A stretch of 64,000 bases of DNA from Patescibacteria group bacterium. Lineage in GTDB: Bacteria; Patescibacteriota; Minisyncoccia; Phycocordibacterales; DATDWN01. Shown one piece after another: positions 1 to 8,836 of the stretch. The position numbers and the translations under genes were made by a program. The stretch covers positions 5,928-69,927 of the forward strand of contig JAZKJH010000004.1 in assembly GCA_040384485.1 (NCBI GenBank). Direction: 5' to 3'. Within the stretch, counting starts at the first letter, position 1; each line of letters starts with the position of its first letter. Under the pieces are notes generated by a model. That model did no database searches. It had not been told where the DNA came from and worked only from the letters and a program-made list of their open reading frames with translations.

Positions 1-2730
1 GAATACTCCTGCTGGGAAGCCAGCAGATGAAGTTGCTACTACATTATTCTCGTTTGCAAGTATTAGACATACTCGTATTGAACCCACATTGGCTGGATTC
101 TGAAGGACAATTACTGTCCTTGATACCTCAACTGCTGCCAAGCCAGCTGAATCTTGCACGTTGTATGTTACCGTGTATGTACCAGGTACTGAAGTATTAA
201 CATTACTTGAGTTGATTACAAGACTAGATGTGATGTTTCCATCCTCATTGTCATGCGCAGTTGCTCCTAGCTCTACATATGGATCTCCCACGTAGAATGT
301 TGCTGGATTAGCCCCTATAAGGGTTATCACTGGGCGTGTATTACAGGTTACTGTAACATAGTCTGACTGAGTTGTCCCTGATGTCTGTAATAATGTCCTT
401 GAGCCTGTTTGAATGTCTACAGCGTACACATATATAGTGTGTGCATGTCCGTCTCTAAATGTCGATGGTGTCTCCATGCCGAATGCGTGATTCTCGCCGT
501 ATATATCATTTATATCTTGTCTAAACTGGTTAGCTAGAGTAGTTGTAGCCAGAGTTCCTGTACCAAATGGTCCATCCTTGTATATCTCTATAGTAACAGC
601 CGCATTTGGACTGTCTCCGTCTACTGCCCATCCACCGATATGAGAACAACTTGCTTCATCAACGAATCCTTCAGGGACATTATTTCCAGCAGGAACTACA
701 TTTACTGTCCTTGAGACAGGAGTTGCTGCTAGTCCTTGAGAATCAGAAACATTGTATGTTAATGTGTAAACACCTACTGTGTTTGAGTCCACAGAACCGC
801 TTCTTACTATATTGGCTGTAATATTACCGTCTTCCTGGTCGTGAGCTGTAGCTCCTGGGTCTACAAATGTAGTCCCGACAACAATAGTCATTGGGTTTGG
901 ACCAACTAGTGTTAGGACTGGAGGGGTGTTTGCTGGAGTACATGTAGGAACATTCCATGTAACAGTCGGCCCTTGTGTACCATTGTTATGTATAAAAACT
1001 GAATGTGTTGTTCCTGGAGCAAAAGTTAGAGTTGTTGGACCGTTTGGTATTCTTTGTAGGAAACCTGCGGGTGCAGCTGTAAAACCGCTGTTACCGTCAA
1101 CTCCTTGTTTCCACCATGAACTTGTAGTTCCGTTGTCATCTATAAAAATATTCAAACTAGCATTTACTGGAGCCCATGAAATCTGAACAGAATAGTCTGT
1201 AGCAGAACATGCTGGTGCAGTAACTACTGGAATTACCGCTGATTCTGGTACCACTGTTACAGTGGCTGTTGCGGTTGCAGATCCACCAGGTCCAGTACAA
1301 GTTATTGTATATGTCTTATTTGTTGTTAGGTTACTTTGCAACTCACTACCAGCCAATGTCTTTGAGCCTGACCAATCTGCTGAGGCCACACAAGAAGTTG
1401 CGTTGGTTGATGTCCAAGTCAAAGTTGATGAACCGTTAACTGTAACTGTAGTAGGGTTCGCAGTAAGGGTAACTGTAGGAGCATTTGGCATACATGGTGC
1501 TGTATTCAAAAAGAGTCTGTTAGTAAACAGAGTTTTAACACCTGTATCTATATCTGTAGCATAAACCCATATTTCATGAGTATTACCGTCTTTCAAGAAT
1601 TGAGGTGTAGCAAGTGTAAATCCGTGTGTACCTGTTATTCCATACTGGGTATTAACATCAGTTCTAACAGAGTTAGCTGTGATTTGGGCAAATTGTGTAC
1701 CTATTCCCTCTGGACCACCATGGAAAAAAGTAAAAACTAGAGAAGTACTTGAGTGGTCTGGATCAAACGCCCATCCTCCTAGGATAGAACAACTTGCTTC
1801 ATCGAAGTTTCCGACTGGTGCATTGTTTGGTGCCTGTCCCACAGTAAAGGTATATGTTCCTACTTGTCCGAAATATACGTCACTACTTGGTGCTGGGTCA
1901 CAAATAGTCCCATCTTCTAGCTGATAGTCTGCACCTGCTCTATGCACGTTCTGCATGTTTATTGTATATGTACCAGGTGTTGTTGGAGCTGTAAATGTAA
2001 ATGAAAAATCTCTCTCATCACCAGGGAACATAGAGGGAGAGTAGTGTCCGTATGTTGGTGCAATGGTATATCCAGTCGTTTGAACAAACTGGAAGTAAGT
2101 ACCGTGATACCATCTTGTATTTCCAGTGTTCTCAATATGAGCACTAAAAGTAACTGACTGACCAGGAGTAACGTTTGCAGGGCCAGTTAAAGCAACGGTT
2201 GCAGTTTCATTACAAGCTTCTACGTCTGGACAATCAACTCCGTAGTTGATCATAGTCCCTATAAACACAAAATTTCCGTTGTTCGGATCTCTGAAGCCGG
2301 CATCTATCTGAACACTTCCACAGTTTTTCTGTGCGGTGTTATAAAAGAATTCAACCTGACCTGACTCACCTTCCTCATAATGAGTTTTACCAGTCATTGT
2401 CATAAGACTCTGATCTAGGAACTCATCTGTACCTACAGCAGCCCATCCAGCGTTTGGACTAGCGAAGGCTGCCTTCTCAACATTTACTGGACCTGGACCA
2501 TTGTTAATGACCTGAACAACATAGTGAATTGTTCTTGCAGACTGCTGCTGCATAGTTAAGTTGCCATCGTAACCACTTGTCTCTACTATAGAGTAAGAAA
2601 CGTCCGGACCTAGGTTATACTGAGCTTTTACCTCTGGAGTTTTGATAAAAAATGCAGACAAAAATATAGCAAAAAACACGAACATTGTTCTCCATGGAAG
2701 ACTATTTGTTTGTTGTGTTCTTGTAATCAT
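1..2730 (-). CDS. Large secreted/surface Ig-repeat protein, partial (3' end runs off window; >910 aa): signal peptide, NBR1-like Ig domain, two GxxDEASCSxxGGWAxDxD repeats, PKD-like repeat, two DUF5011-like Ig domains
   Basis: Manual translation from ATG at 2730 (MITRTQQTNSLPWRTMFVFFAIFLSAFF...) appears open to base 1. Motifs include PVITLIGANPATFYVGDPYVELGATAHDNEDGNITS and PTVTLTANPTTVTVNGSSTLTWTSTNATSC. Absent from the ORF track because the stop lies outside the window. Confidence 0.85.
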   Translation of the reverse strand, partial: MITRTQQTNSLPWRTMFVFFAIFLSAFFIKTPEVKAQYNLGPDVSYSIVETSGYDGNLTMQQQSARTIHYVVQVINNGPGPVNVEKAAFASPNAGWAAVGTDEFLDQSLMTMTGKTHYEEGESGQVEFFYNTAQKNCGSVQIDAGFRDPNNGNFVFIGTMINYGVDCPDVEACNETATVALTGPANVTPGQSVTFSAHIENTGNTRWYHGTYFQFVQTTGYTIAPTYGHYSPSMFPGDERDFSFTFTAPTTPGTYTINMQNVHRAGADYQLEDGTICDPAPSSDVYFGQVGTYTFTVGQAPNNAPVGNFDEASCSILGGWAFDPDHSSTSLVFTFFHGGPEGIGTQFAQITANSVRTDVNTQYGITGTHGFTLATPQFLKDGNTHEIWVYATDIDTGVKTLFTNRLFLNTAPCMPNAPTVTLTANPTTVTVNGSSTLTWTSTNATSCVASADWSGSKTLAGSELQSNLTTNKTYTITCTGPGGSATATATVTVVPESAVIPVVTAPACSATDYSVQISWAPVNASLNIFIDDNGTTSSWWKQGVDGNSGFTAAPAGFLQRIPNGPTTLTFAPGTTHSVFIHNNGTQGPTVTWNVPTCTPANTPPVLTLVGPNPMTIVVGTTFVDPGATAHDQEDGNITANIVRSGSVDSNTVGVYTLTYNVSDSQGLAATPVSRTVNVVPAGNNVPEGFVDEASCSHIGGWAVDGDSPNAAVTIEIYKDGPFGTGTLATTTLANQFRQDINDIYGENHAFGMETPSTFRDGHAHTIYVYAVDIQTGSRTLLQTSGTTQSDYVTVTCNTRPVITLIGANPATFYVGDPYVELGATAHDNEDGNITSSLVINSSNVNTSVPGTYTVTYNVQDSAGLAAVEVSRTVIVLQNPANVGSIRVCLILANENNVVATSSAGFPAGVF

Positions 2731-2930
2731 TCTTAATCAAACTTTAATATAAACAACAGGTTACACTCCTTTCAAATTATTGTCAACTTTTTAATAAAAA
2801 TTACAAATACCTATAATATCCTTATATTAAGCCATATAATTACGATTTGTCCTTAACAAAAAAACATCAAAAAAAATAATTTTTTTGAATTCTAAACGAT
2901 GTTGAAAAATATGATTATTTTGGAACTTGA

Positions 2931-2960
2931 TTATAAAGGACAAATATTTGTCCTTTATAA
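2931..2960. promoter_or_regulatory. Perfect 30-bp palindrome in a divergent promoter region (candidate operator)
   Basis: TTATAAAGGACAAATATTTGTCCTTTATAA is its own reverse complement; an extra half-site ATTTGTCCTT lies at 2845-2854. Confidence 0.5.
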
Positions 2961-3021
2961 AATTATCCATAAAAGACATGCAGTCCTACTCTTTTTCTCA
3001 TATTCATGTTATGATACTGAA

Positions 3022-5205
3022 ATGAAAGAAATATTCTTGTCGCCATATGACCCCAAAAGTACTGAATCTCGAATTTACGAACTTTGGGAGCAAAGTGGAT
3101 TCTTTAATCCTGATGTTTGTATAGAAAAAGGTGTTACAAATGCAGATGCAGAGGCATTTAGCATTGTTCTTCCCCCACCAAACGTGACTGGAACACTTCA
3201 TATGGGTAGTGCACTGATGTTGGCGATAGAAGATACCCTAGTTCGACACGCACGCATGCAAGGAAAGAAAACTTTGTGGATTCCTGGCACGGACTCTGCA
3301 GCTATAGCAACGCAGGCAAGAGTTGAAAAAGATATTCAAAAAGCTGAAAAAAAATCCAGACACGATCTAGGTAGAGAAGAGTTACAGAAAAGAATAGACA
3401 TATTTATTGAACAAAACAAAAGCACTATGATAAATCAGATGAGGGCAATGGGATCTTCACTTGATTGGTCTAGATATGCGTACACAATGGACGAGAAAAG
3501 ATACACCGCTGTTATGGAGGCGTTTGTAAAGATGTATGAAGCTGGACTTATATACAGGGGTAACAGAATAGTGAACTGGGATCCAAAAGGACAAACTACT
3601 ATTTCTGATGATGAGATAGTTCATGAAGAAAGAAAATCATTTTTGTATACATTCAAATACTCGAAGGACTTCCCTATCTCTATTTCTACCACCAGACCTG
3701 AAACAAAAGTTGGAGACACCGCTGTAGCTGTGCATCCGGATGATACTCGTTACCAAGCTTTTGTTGGAAAGGAGTACAGTATCAACTTTTGTGACTCCGA
3801 AATTAAAATTAAAATAATTGCGGATGAGAGTGTTGAGAAAGAATTTGGCACAGGAGCTCTAGGAGTGACTCCAGCTCACAGTCAGATAGACTGGGAAATA
3901 GCCGATCGACACAACCTTGAACGTCCACAAGTAATAAACGAGTATGCAAAGATGATGGCTCCTGGAAGATTGTCAGGACTTAAAACTACAGAAGCGAGAG
4001 ATGAGGTAGTAAAGTGGTTAAGAGAGAATGACCTACTAGAAAAGGAAGAAGAAGTCACTCAAAACATAGCGACAGCTGAAAGGACAGGTGGGATAGTTGA
4101 ACCCTTACCAAAGCTTCAATGGTGGATTGATGTTGAAAAGGAGTTCACAATACCCCACTCAAACATCCCGAACATAAAGTCAGGCGATCGAACTAGTCTA
4201 AAAAAAATAATGGAAAACTCTGTTGGAGAAAACGGAGTTAGTTTTGTGACCGAGAGATTTGAAAAGCAGTATATGCACTGGGCCAAAAACCTAAGACCTT
4301 GGTGTATTAGTAGACAGATATGGTTTGGTCACAGAATACCTGTTTGGTATAAAGAAGAAGAAATATATTGTGGTGTTAACCCTCCAACTGAAACTGGCTG
4401 GACCCAAGACTCTGATGTGCTCGACACTTGGTTCTCTTCGGGGTTATGGACTTTCACAACCCTTGGTTGGCCAGAAAAAACCAAAGACTTAGAAACCTAT
4501 CACCCAACCACTATTATCGAGAGTGGGTACGACATACTTCCATTTTGGATTGCTCGAATGATACTTATGAGTGGATTTTTCTTGGGTGAGGTCCCTTTTA
4601 AAACGGTTTACTTGCATGGTTTAGTTCGTGACGGACAAGGCCGAAAAATATCCAAGTCTCTTGGAAACAACATCGACCCCGTTGATATGGCGGAAAAATA
4701 CGGAATGGATGCTGTAAGAGTATCCCTTATAGTAGGTATGTCCCCAGGAACTGACAGCAAAATATCTGAAGAAAAAATCCGAGGATACAAAAACTTTGCC
4801 AACAAACTATGGAATATCGCTAGATATGTACTTACTTCAACAGAAAACTTGACCGATGATACGGTAGAGCTCTCTCCAAAAGATATGGAAATAAAAAATG
4901 AGTTGGATGCTGTAATAACCGATGTAAACCGACACTTTGAAACATATCGAATAGATATGGCTTTTGATACTGTATACCAGTATATTTGGCATAGATTTGC
5001 CGACGAAATAATAGAGGAATCAAAAGTAATTCTCATTGGCACTGACGAAGCTTTGAAAGTATCCAGACAAAAAGTCCTGATACACATCCTCGAAACATCC
5101 CTAAAACTACTCCACCCATTCATGCCATTCGTTACAGAAGAAATTTGGTTAAACCTAAACAAGAAAAATGATAGAATGTTAATGGTCACAAAGTGGCCGC
5201 AATAA
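3022..5205 (+). CDS. valS: Valine--tRNA ligase (short form, no C-terminal coiled coil)
   Basis: PPPNVTGTLHMGS (HIGH), TTRPET, WCISRQIWFGHRIP, DVLDTWFSS, KISKS. Start moved to ATG 3022, 6 nt after TGnTATGAT. Confidence 0.97.
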   Translation: MKEIFLSPYDPKSTESRIYELWEQSGFFNPDVCIEKGVTNADAEAFSIVLPPPNVTGTLHMGSALMLAIEDTLVRHARMQGKKTLWIPGTDSAAIATQARVEKDIQKAEKKSRHDLGREELQKRIDIFIEQNKSTMINQMRAMGSSLDWSRYAYTMDEKRYTAVMEAFVKMYEAGLIYRGNRIVNWDPKGQTTISDDEIVHEERKSFLYTFKYSKDFPISISTTRPETKVGDTAVAVHPDDTRYQAFVGKEYSINFCDSEIKIKIIADESVEKEFGTGALGVTPAHSQIDWEIADRHNLERPQVINEYAKMMAPGRLSGLKTTEARDEVVKWLRENDLLEKEEEVTQNIATAERTGGIVEPLPKLQWWIDVEKEFTIPHSNIPNIKSGDRTSLKKIMENSVGENGVSFVTERFEKQYMHWAKNLRPWCISRQIWFGHRIPVWYKEEEIYCGVNPPTETGWTQDSDVLDTWFSSGLWTFTTLGWPEKTKDLETYHPTTIIESGYDILPFWIARMILMSGFFLGEVPFKTVYLHGLVRDGQGRKISKSLGNNIDPVDMAEKYGMDAVRVSLIVGMSPGTDSKISEEKIRGYKNFANKLWNIARYVLTSTENLTDDTVELSPKDMEIKNELDAVITDVNRHFETYRIDMAFDTVYQYIWHRFADEIIEESKVILIGTDEALKVSRQKVLIHILETSLKLLHPFMPFVTEEIWLNLNKKNDRMLMVTKWPQ

Positions 5206-5206
5206 A

Positions 5207-5926
5207 ATGGCATTAGATATAATACAACAAAACCCGTTTATATTTGCATTCATATTTGGTTTATTCCCTGCATTAATATGGTTATGGTTTTGGCTCAAGG
5301 AGGACAAGCACCCTGAACCAGTAAAGATGATCACACTTTCGTTCCTGGGTGGAATGCTTGCGGTTTTGTTTGTTCTGCCATTTCAAAAAGTTGTTCACCA
5401 TTATTGGCAAGACTTTGAATTTGTTGCTTTTACTTTGTGGGCAGGAATTGAAGAAATTATTAAATTTGCGATTGTTTGGTTTATTGCCCTTAGAAACAAA
5501 AAAGTGACCAATGAGCCGGTGGATGATGTAATATACCTGATCATCGCTGCTTTGGGTTTTGTTACTCTAGAAAATGCCTTGTTCTTATGGAAACCTTTGA
5601 CTGATGGAGACCTGATAGAGGTTGTGATCTATGGAAACTTGCGATTTATTGGAGCAAGTCTTTTGCATGTTATGTCTTCAGCTACTATTGGTATTTTAAT
5701 GGCATTCGCGTTTTACAAAAGCAAATTTAAAAAAGTTTTATACACTAGTGTAGGTATTCTGTTGGCAATCGTGTTGCATACTGCATTCAATTTATTTATA
5801 ATAAACAACACACACGGAAACATTCTGTTTATATTTGCTGAAGTATGGGTAGGTATTGTCGTAATACTTCTACTATTTGAAAAAATAAAACATATTAGAA
5901 AGAGATTCACTAATTTTAATAATTAA
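5207..5926 (+). CDS. PrsW-family intramembrane metalloprotease
   Basis: Multi-TM; D-x-HPEP, EEIIK, LGFVTLEN, LLHVMSS and LHTAFN motifs. Confidence 0.9.
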   Translation: MALDIIQQNPFIFAFIFGLFPALIWLWFWLKEDKHPEPVKMITLSFLGGMLAVLFVLPFQKVVHHYWQDFEFVAFTLWAGIEEIIKFAIVWFIALRNKKVTNEPVDDVIYLIIAALGFVTLENALFLWKPLTDGDLIEVVIYGNLRFIGASLLHVMSSATIGILMAFAFYKSKFKKVLYTSVGILLAIVLHTAFNLFIINNTHGNILFIFAEVWVGIVVILLLFEKIKHIRKRFTNFNN

Positions 5927-5930
5927 AAAC

Positions 5931-6389
5931 ATGAAAGATAATCGCTCGTTCTTTGAAAAACTGACTGGAGGTGGAAAAGTAATAGATGATACAGAAAATG
6001 AAGAGCTAGAAAAGCCGTCTAAAACTACCTCTGTTGATTCATTGTATGAAGAAGAGTCAGAGGAAGGTCAGCTTACTATAGATGTATACCAGACAGACGG
6101 AGAAATAGTTATCAAAAGTATGGTTTCCGGAGTAAAACCAGAAGACCTAGATATTTCTATCACTCGAGACATGGTAACTATCAAAGGAAAAAGAGAGACT
6201 GAAAGATTTGTAAAAGAGGAAGACTACTTCCATAGAGAGCTTTACTGGGGTTCATTTTCTAGAACTATCATGCTACCGGCAGAAGTGGAGGTGGAAGAAG
6301 CAGAAGCAATAGAAAAACACGGACTACTTATCATAAAACTTCCTAAGATAGACAAAAACAAACAAACTAAACTAAAAGTGAGAGGCTAA
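5931..6389 (+). CDS. Hsp20/alpha-crystallin small heat-shock protein
   Basis: IDVYQT...GVKPEDLDISI...RELYWGSFSRTIMLP...HGLLIIKLPK. Confidence 0.93.
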   Translation: MKDNRSFFEKLTGGGKVIDDTENEELEKPSKTTSVDSLYEEESEEGQLTIDVYQTDGEIVIKSMVSGVKPEDLDISITRDMVTIKGKRETERFVKEEDYFHRELYWGSFSRTIMLPAEVEVEEAEAIEKHGLLIIKLPKIDKNKQTKLKVRG

Positions 6390-6392
6390 AAA

Positions 6393-6420
6393 GAAAAACC
6401 ACCGATATCGGTGGTTTTTC
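6393..6420. terminator. Bidirectional intrinsic terminator between hsp20 and tRNA-Phe
   Basis: GAAAAACCACCGATATCGGTGGTTTTTC perfect palindrome with A/T tails between convergent genes. Confidence 0.8.
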
Positions 6421-6425
6421 TAATG

Positions 6426-6498
6426 TGCCAAGACCCAGGTTCGAACTGGGGACCCTTCCCTCTTCAGGGGAATGCTCTACCAACTGAGCTATCTTGGC
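6426..6498 (-). tRNA. tRNA-Phe(GAA), CCA not encoded
   Basis: GCCAAGATAGCTCAGTTGGTAGAGCA-TTCCC-CTGAAGA-GGGAA-GGGTC-CCCAGTTCGAACCTGGG-TCTTGGCA cloverleaf. Confidence 0.97.
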
Positions 6499-6564
6499 AA
6501 ATATTTCTCTGTAAAAAACTTTAATAACGTTACCTTATATAGTGACTAATCTCCAGCAGTTGGA

Positions 6565-6673
6565 ACCAACTGGTCACAAGTAATTTTTTGCTAAAAATTC
6601 TTGCGACCCCTCCTCGGCACGTCTGCCTCCGGCCTTGCGTTTGGGTCCCTACCCAAACTCACTATCTTGGCAA
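6565..6673 (-). repeat. tRNA-associated structured element, copy A, inserted within a duplicated tRNA-Phe 5' fragment
   Basis: TTGCCAAGATAG + 89-nt insert ending GGGTCGCAAG-AATTTTT-AGCA-AAAAATT-A-CTTGTGAC + CAGTTGGT; the flanks equal tRNA-Phe nt -2..10 and 13..20. Confidence 0.7.
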
Positions 6674-6687
6674 TTTTTAATTAGAAT

Positions 6688-6966
6688 CTATTGCCCTAAA
6701 TTCTTAAGCATTTCCATTAGCTCGTTAATGCTATTTATTCCACCACCTACAGAATCTTTTGCATCTCCATACGCTCCAGTCATAAACTCTAGATATGGTT
6801 GTATAAAGTAATACGCCCCTATTGCAGACCCTATTATGACCACCCAGTACAAAATACTCATAATACGTGCTATCCGCATTGATCTACGAATAGTACGCAA
6901 CATGCCATTATTCTCCTCTGCAAGGTCCACACTGCGTTGTAGCAGCTCTCTTTCCTCAGGTGTCAT
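6688..6966 (-). CDS. Small hypothetical membrane protein
   Basis: 92 aa, one TM (ILYWVVIIGSAIGAYYFIQPY); TGnTAGTAT 7 nt before ATG. Confidence 0.8.
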   Translation of the reverse strand: MTPEERELLQRSVDLAEENNGMLRTIRRSMRIARIMSILYWVVIIGSAIGAYYFIQPYLEFMTGAYGDAKDSVGGGINSINELMEMLKNLGQ

Positions 6967-7005
6967 GGGTTAAATACTAGCAAAAACTTAGTAAAAAATC
7001 AAAAG

Positions 7006-7080
7006 TGGTGCCATCGCTAGGAATTGAACCTAGATCTATCCCTTAGGACGGGACTGTTCTATCCGTTGAACTACGACGGC
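7006..7080 (-). tRNA. tRNA-Arg(CCU), CCA encoded
   Basis: GCCGTCGTAGTTCAACGGATAGAACA-GTCCC-GTCCTAA-GGGAT-AGAT-CTAGGTTCAATTCCTAG-CGATGGCACCA. Confidence 0.95.
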
Positions 7081-7112
7081 ATGGACCAGGGTCCATTATA
7101 CTCAAAAAGAAA

Positions 7113-7349
7113 CTAATTCAAACCTAAAAGTTGCATAAGTTTTGGCTTGTCGAAACCAACTACAACTTCGTTATCTACTACAATAACTGGCACACCCAGC
7201 TGACCACTCTTCTCCATCATCTCTTTTCTCTTCTCCATGTTGGTGGCCACATCAAAAGTCTCGTATGCAACGCCTTTTTCCTTAAAATAATCTTTTGCCA
7301 AGTTACAGTAGTGGCATGTTGGTGTTGAATATACAGTGACTTTTTTCAT
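7113..7349 (-). CDS. Glutaredoxin/NrdH-like redoxin
   Basis: YSTPTCHYC active site, GQLGVPVI, VVGFD. Confidence 0.93.
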   Translation of the reverse strand: MKKVTVYSTPTCHYCNLAKDYFKEKGVAYETFDVATNMEKRKEMMEKSGQLGVPVIVVDNEVVVGFDKPKLMQLLGLN

Positions 7350-7414
7350 ATTGTTTATGCTTAAATTTTATAATGTTAAAACAGTATAACTAAAAACAGA
7401 AAGACTAACAAGTT

Positions 7415-7795
7415 TTACCAAAATACCACGAATTCTTTAAATTTTTCCCAGATATTCATATCTTTCTTGTCTGGGGGTTCTGGGGTGTCGGTATCTTCAA
7501 GGATTATGACCATGCTCTCCCCCTCCTTGGCTACACTAAAACGAGACCGTATTTCGTCCTCTATTCCCTCTGTTTTATTCAAACTTTCCATTTTATCCTT
7601 CAGTTCTTCCTGTCTCACTCGCAAAGTCTCAACATTTTTAGCGGATAAGTGCATCATTTTCTCACTTTCCACTTTTTTTTGATAAACACCCCAGGTAGAG
7701 TGTCCTGCCCACAAAACAACCAAGGCAAGTAGAGACAAAGTCACCCTGTTGTATAGAAAGCTACGTATCTTGCGTTTTTGTTGAAAATCGAGCAT
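7415..7795 (-). CDS. Septum formation initiator (FtsB/DivIC family)
   Basis: N-terminal TM, coiled coil, IEDEIRSRFSVAKEGE motif. Confidence 0.8.
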   Translation of the reverse strand: MLDFQQKRKIRSFLYNRVTLSLLALVVLWAGHSTWGVYQKKVESEKMMHLSAKNVETLRVRQEELKDKMESLNKTEGIEDEIRSRFSVAKEGESMVIILEDTDTPEPPDKKDMNIWEKFKEFVVFW

Positions 7796-7834
7796 AGTTA
7801 AAGTATAAGCTATAAAATAAGAAGTATAAAGACC

Positions 7835-7945
7835 ATGTTATTTCAACAAAAAAACAAGAAAATATTTAAAATCTTCTGGATTATTATCGGTGTTTTGGTA
7901 ATCGTAAGTATGGTAGCTGCCTACCTACCAGGAATCCTGTATTAA
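7835..7945 (+). CDS. 36-aa single-TM micro-protein (not in ORF track)
   Basis: MLFQQKNKKIFKIFWIIIGVLVIVSMVAAYLPGILY; basic N-terminus plus TM; fills the gap exactly, stop abuts the MYG1 stop. Confidence 0.6.
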   Translation: MLFQQKNKKIFKIFWIIIGVLVIVSMVAAYLPGILY

Positions 7946-8836
7946 CTAATTATCTAGTGCAATCTGAGCCATCTCAATGATGGCTTTTTTTGTTTTAGCT
8001 CCTGCTAGATGGCAACTCCGATGACAAAAAGTTGCTCCTTCCACACCACAAATGACCTCCAATTCTTTATCATTCTTTCCTCCCCACTCTGATGGAAAAT
8101 ATTTTCTGTATACAAAGTCTTCTTTATTATCTCTCACAAACATTGCTCTCCAATCATTCTCTTGGATGCCAGGAAATACCACGAGCAACGGTTCTGTATA
8201 TTTTTTTAAGGTTTCGTTGTAGGGACAGTATTTGTCCAGAACAATAAGTCTTTTGTCGGGAGTATTAGCGTAAAGTTCCTCAACAATATTCTTTGCTTTT
8301 ATTTTGCCTTGATTTCTAACTACTTCTCTTTTTATAACCCTTTTAGCCATGTTTGCCATATCTATGAAGGCCTCATCCCCATTAGCATCCTCTGTCCAGC
8401 TTGGATTGAATGCTTCAAAAACGTCAGTAATGTCGTACAACTGGACACTCTCCTGAACTGGTTTAGACACCTGGACTCCATTATCAATACAATCAATAAA
8501 TTGCACAAGTGAACTGTCTATTGAATCCGAGACTTCTTTGCTTCCAGATATTTGCTCTCCATACTTCTTCCATACCAAACCAAAAGATGCGTAAGGAACG
8601 CCATTGTCTCGAGTTCCAGCTCCGCCTACTTGGTGGTGGTCAAAAAGATTCTTGTCTGCATCATAAACACCTCCTACATCAACTACATAGTCCCCTTTTT
8701 CTATAACATCCTTATCTCTTGACCTCAAAATCTCAATCTCTTTGCCATCCAAAACCAACATTAACGTAGCCACAGCAAAAACATCATCGGTATGAAAGTG
8801 ACCACTATGCACAACTATCTTAATTTTATCTTGCAT
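7946..8836 (-). CDS. MYG1-family (DHH-like) exonuclease/hydrolase
   Basis: HSGHFHTDDV, VVDVGG, FDHHQ, ASFGLVWK, IDNG, GATFCH motifs. Confidence 0.93.
   Translation of the reverse strand: MQDKIKIVVHSGHFHTDDVFAVATLMLVLDGKEIEILRSRDKDVIEKGDYVVDVGGVYDADKNLFDHHQVGGAGTRDNGVPYASFGLVWKKYGEQISGSKEVSDSIDSSLVQFIDCIDNGVQVSKPVQESVQLYDITDVFEAFNPSWTEDANGDEAFIDMANMAKRVIKREVVRNQGKIKAKNIVEELYANTPDKRLIVLDKYCPYNETLKKYTEPLLVVFPGIQENDWRAMFVRDNKEDFVYRKYFPSEWGGKNDKELEVICGVEGATFCHRSCHLAGAKTKKAIIEMAQIALDN

Noticed and set aside
606-2144. Short ORF-track ORFs (606, 926, 1262, 1679 on +; 1959 on -)
   Set aside because: Shadows or off-frame pieces of the large minus-strand surface-protein gene
4608-5213. 201-aa antisense ORF and many similar antisense ORFs across the window
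   Set aside because: Fully opposite well-supported genes, with no motifs or expression signals
6571-6661. Hammerhead or HDV-like (theta) ribozyme, or group I intron, as the identity of the tRNA-associated element
   Set aside because: No CUGAnGA/GAAA core, no evident nested double pseudoknot, and too short for group I; catalysis by a new fold is not excluded
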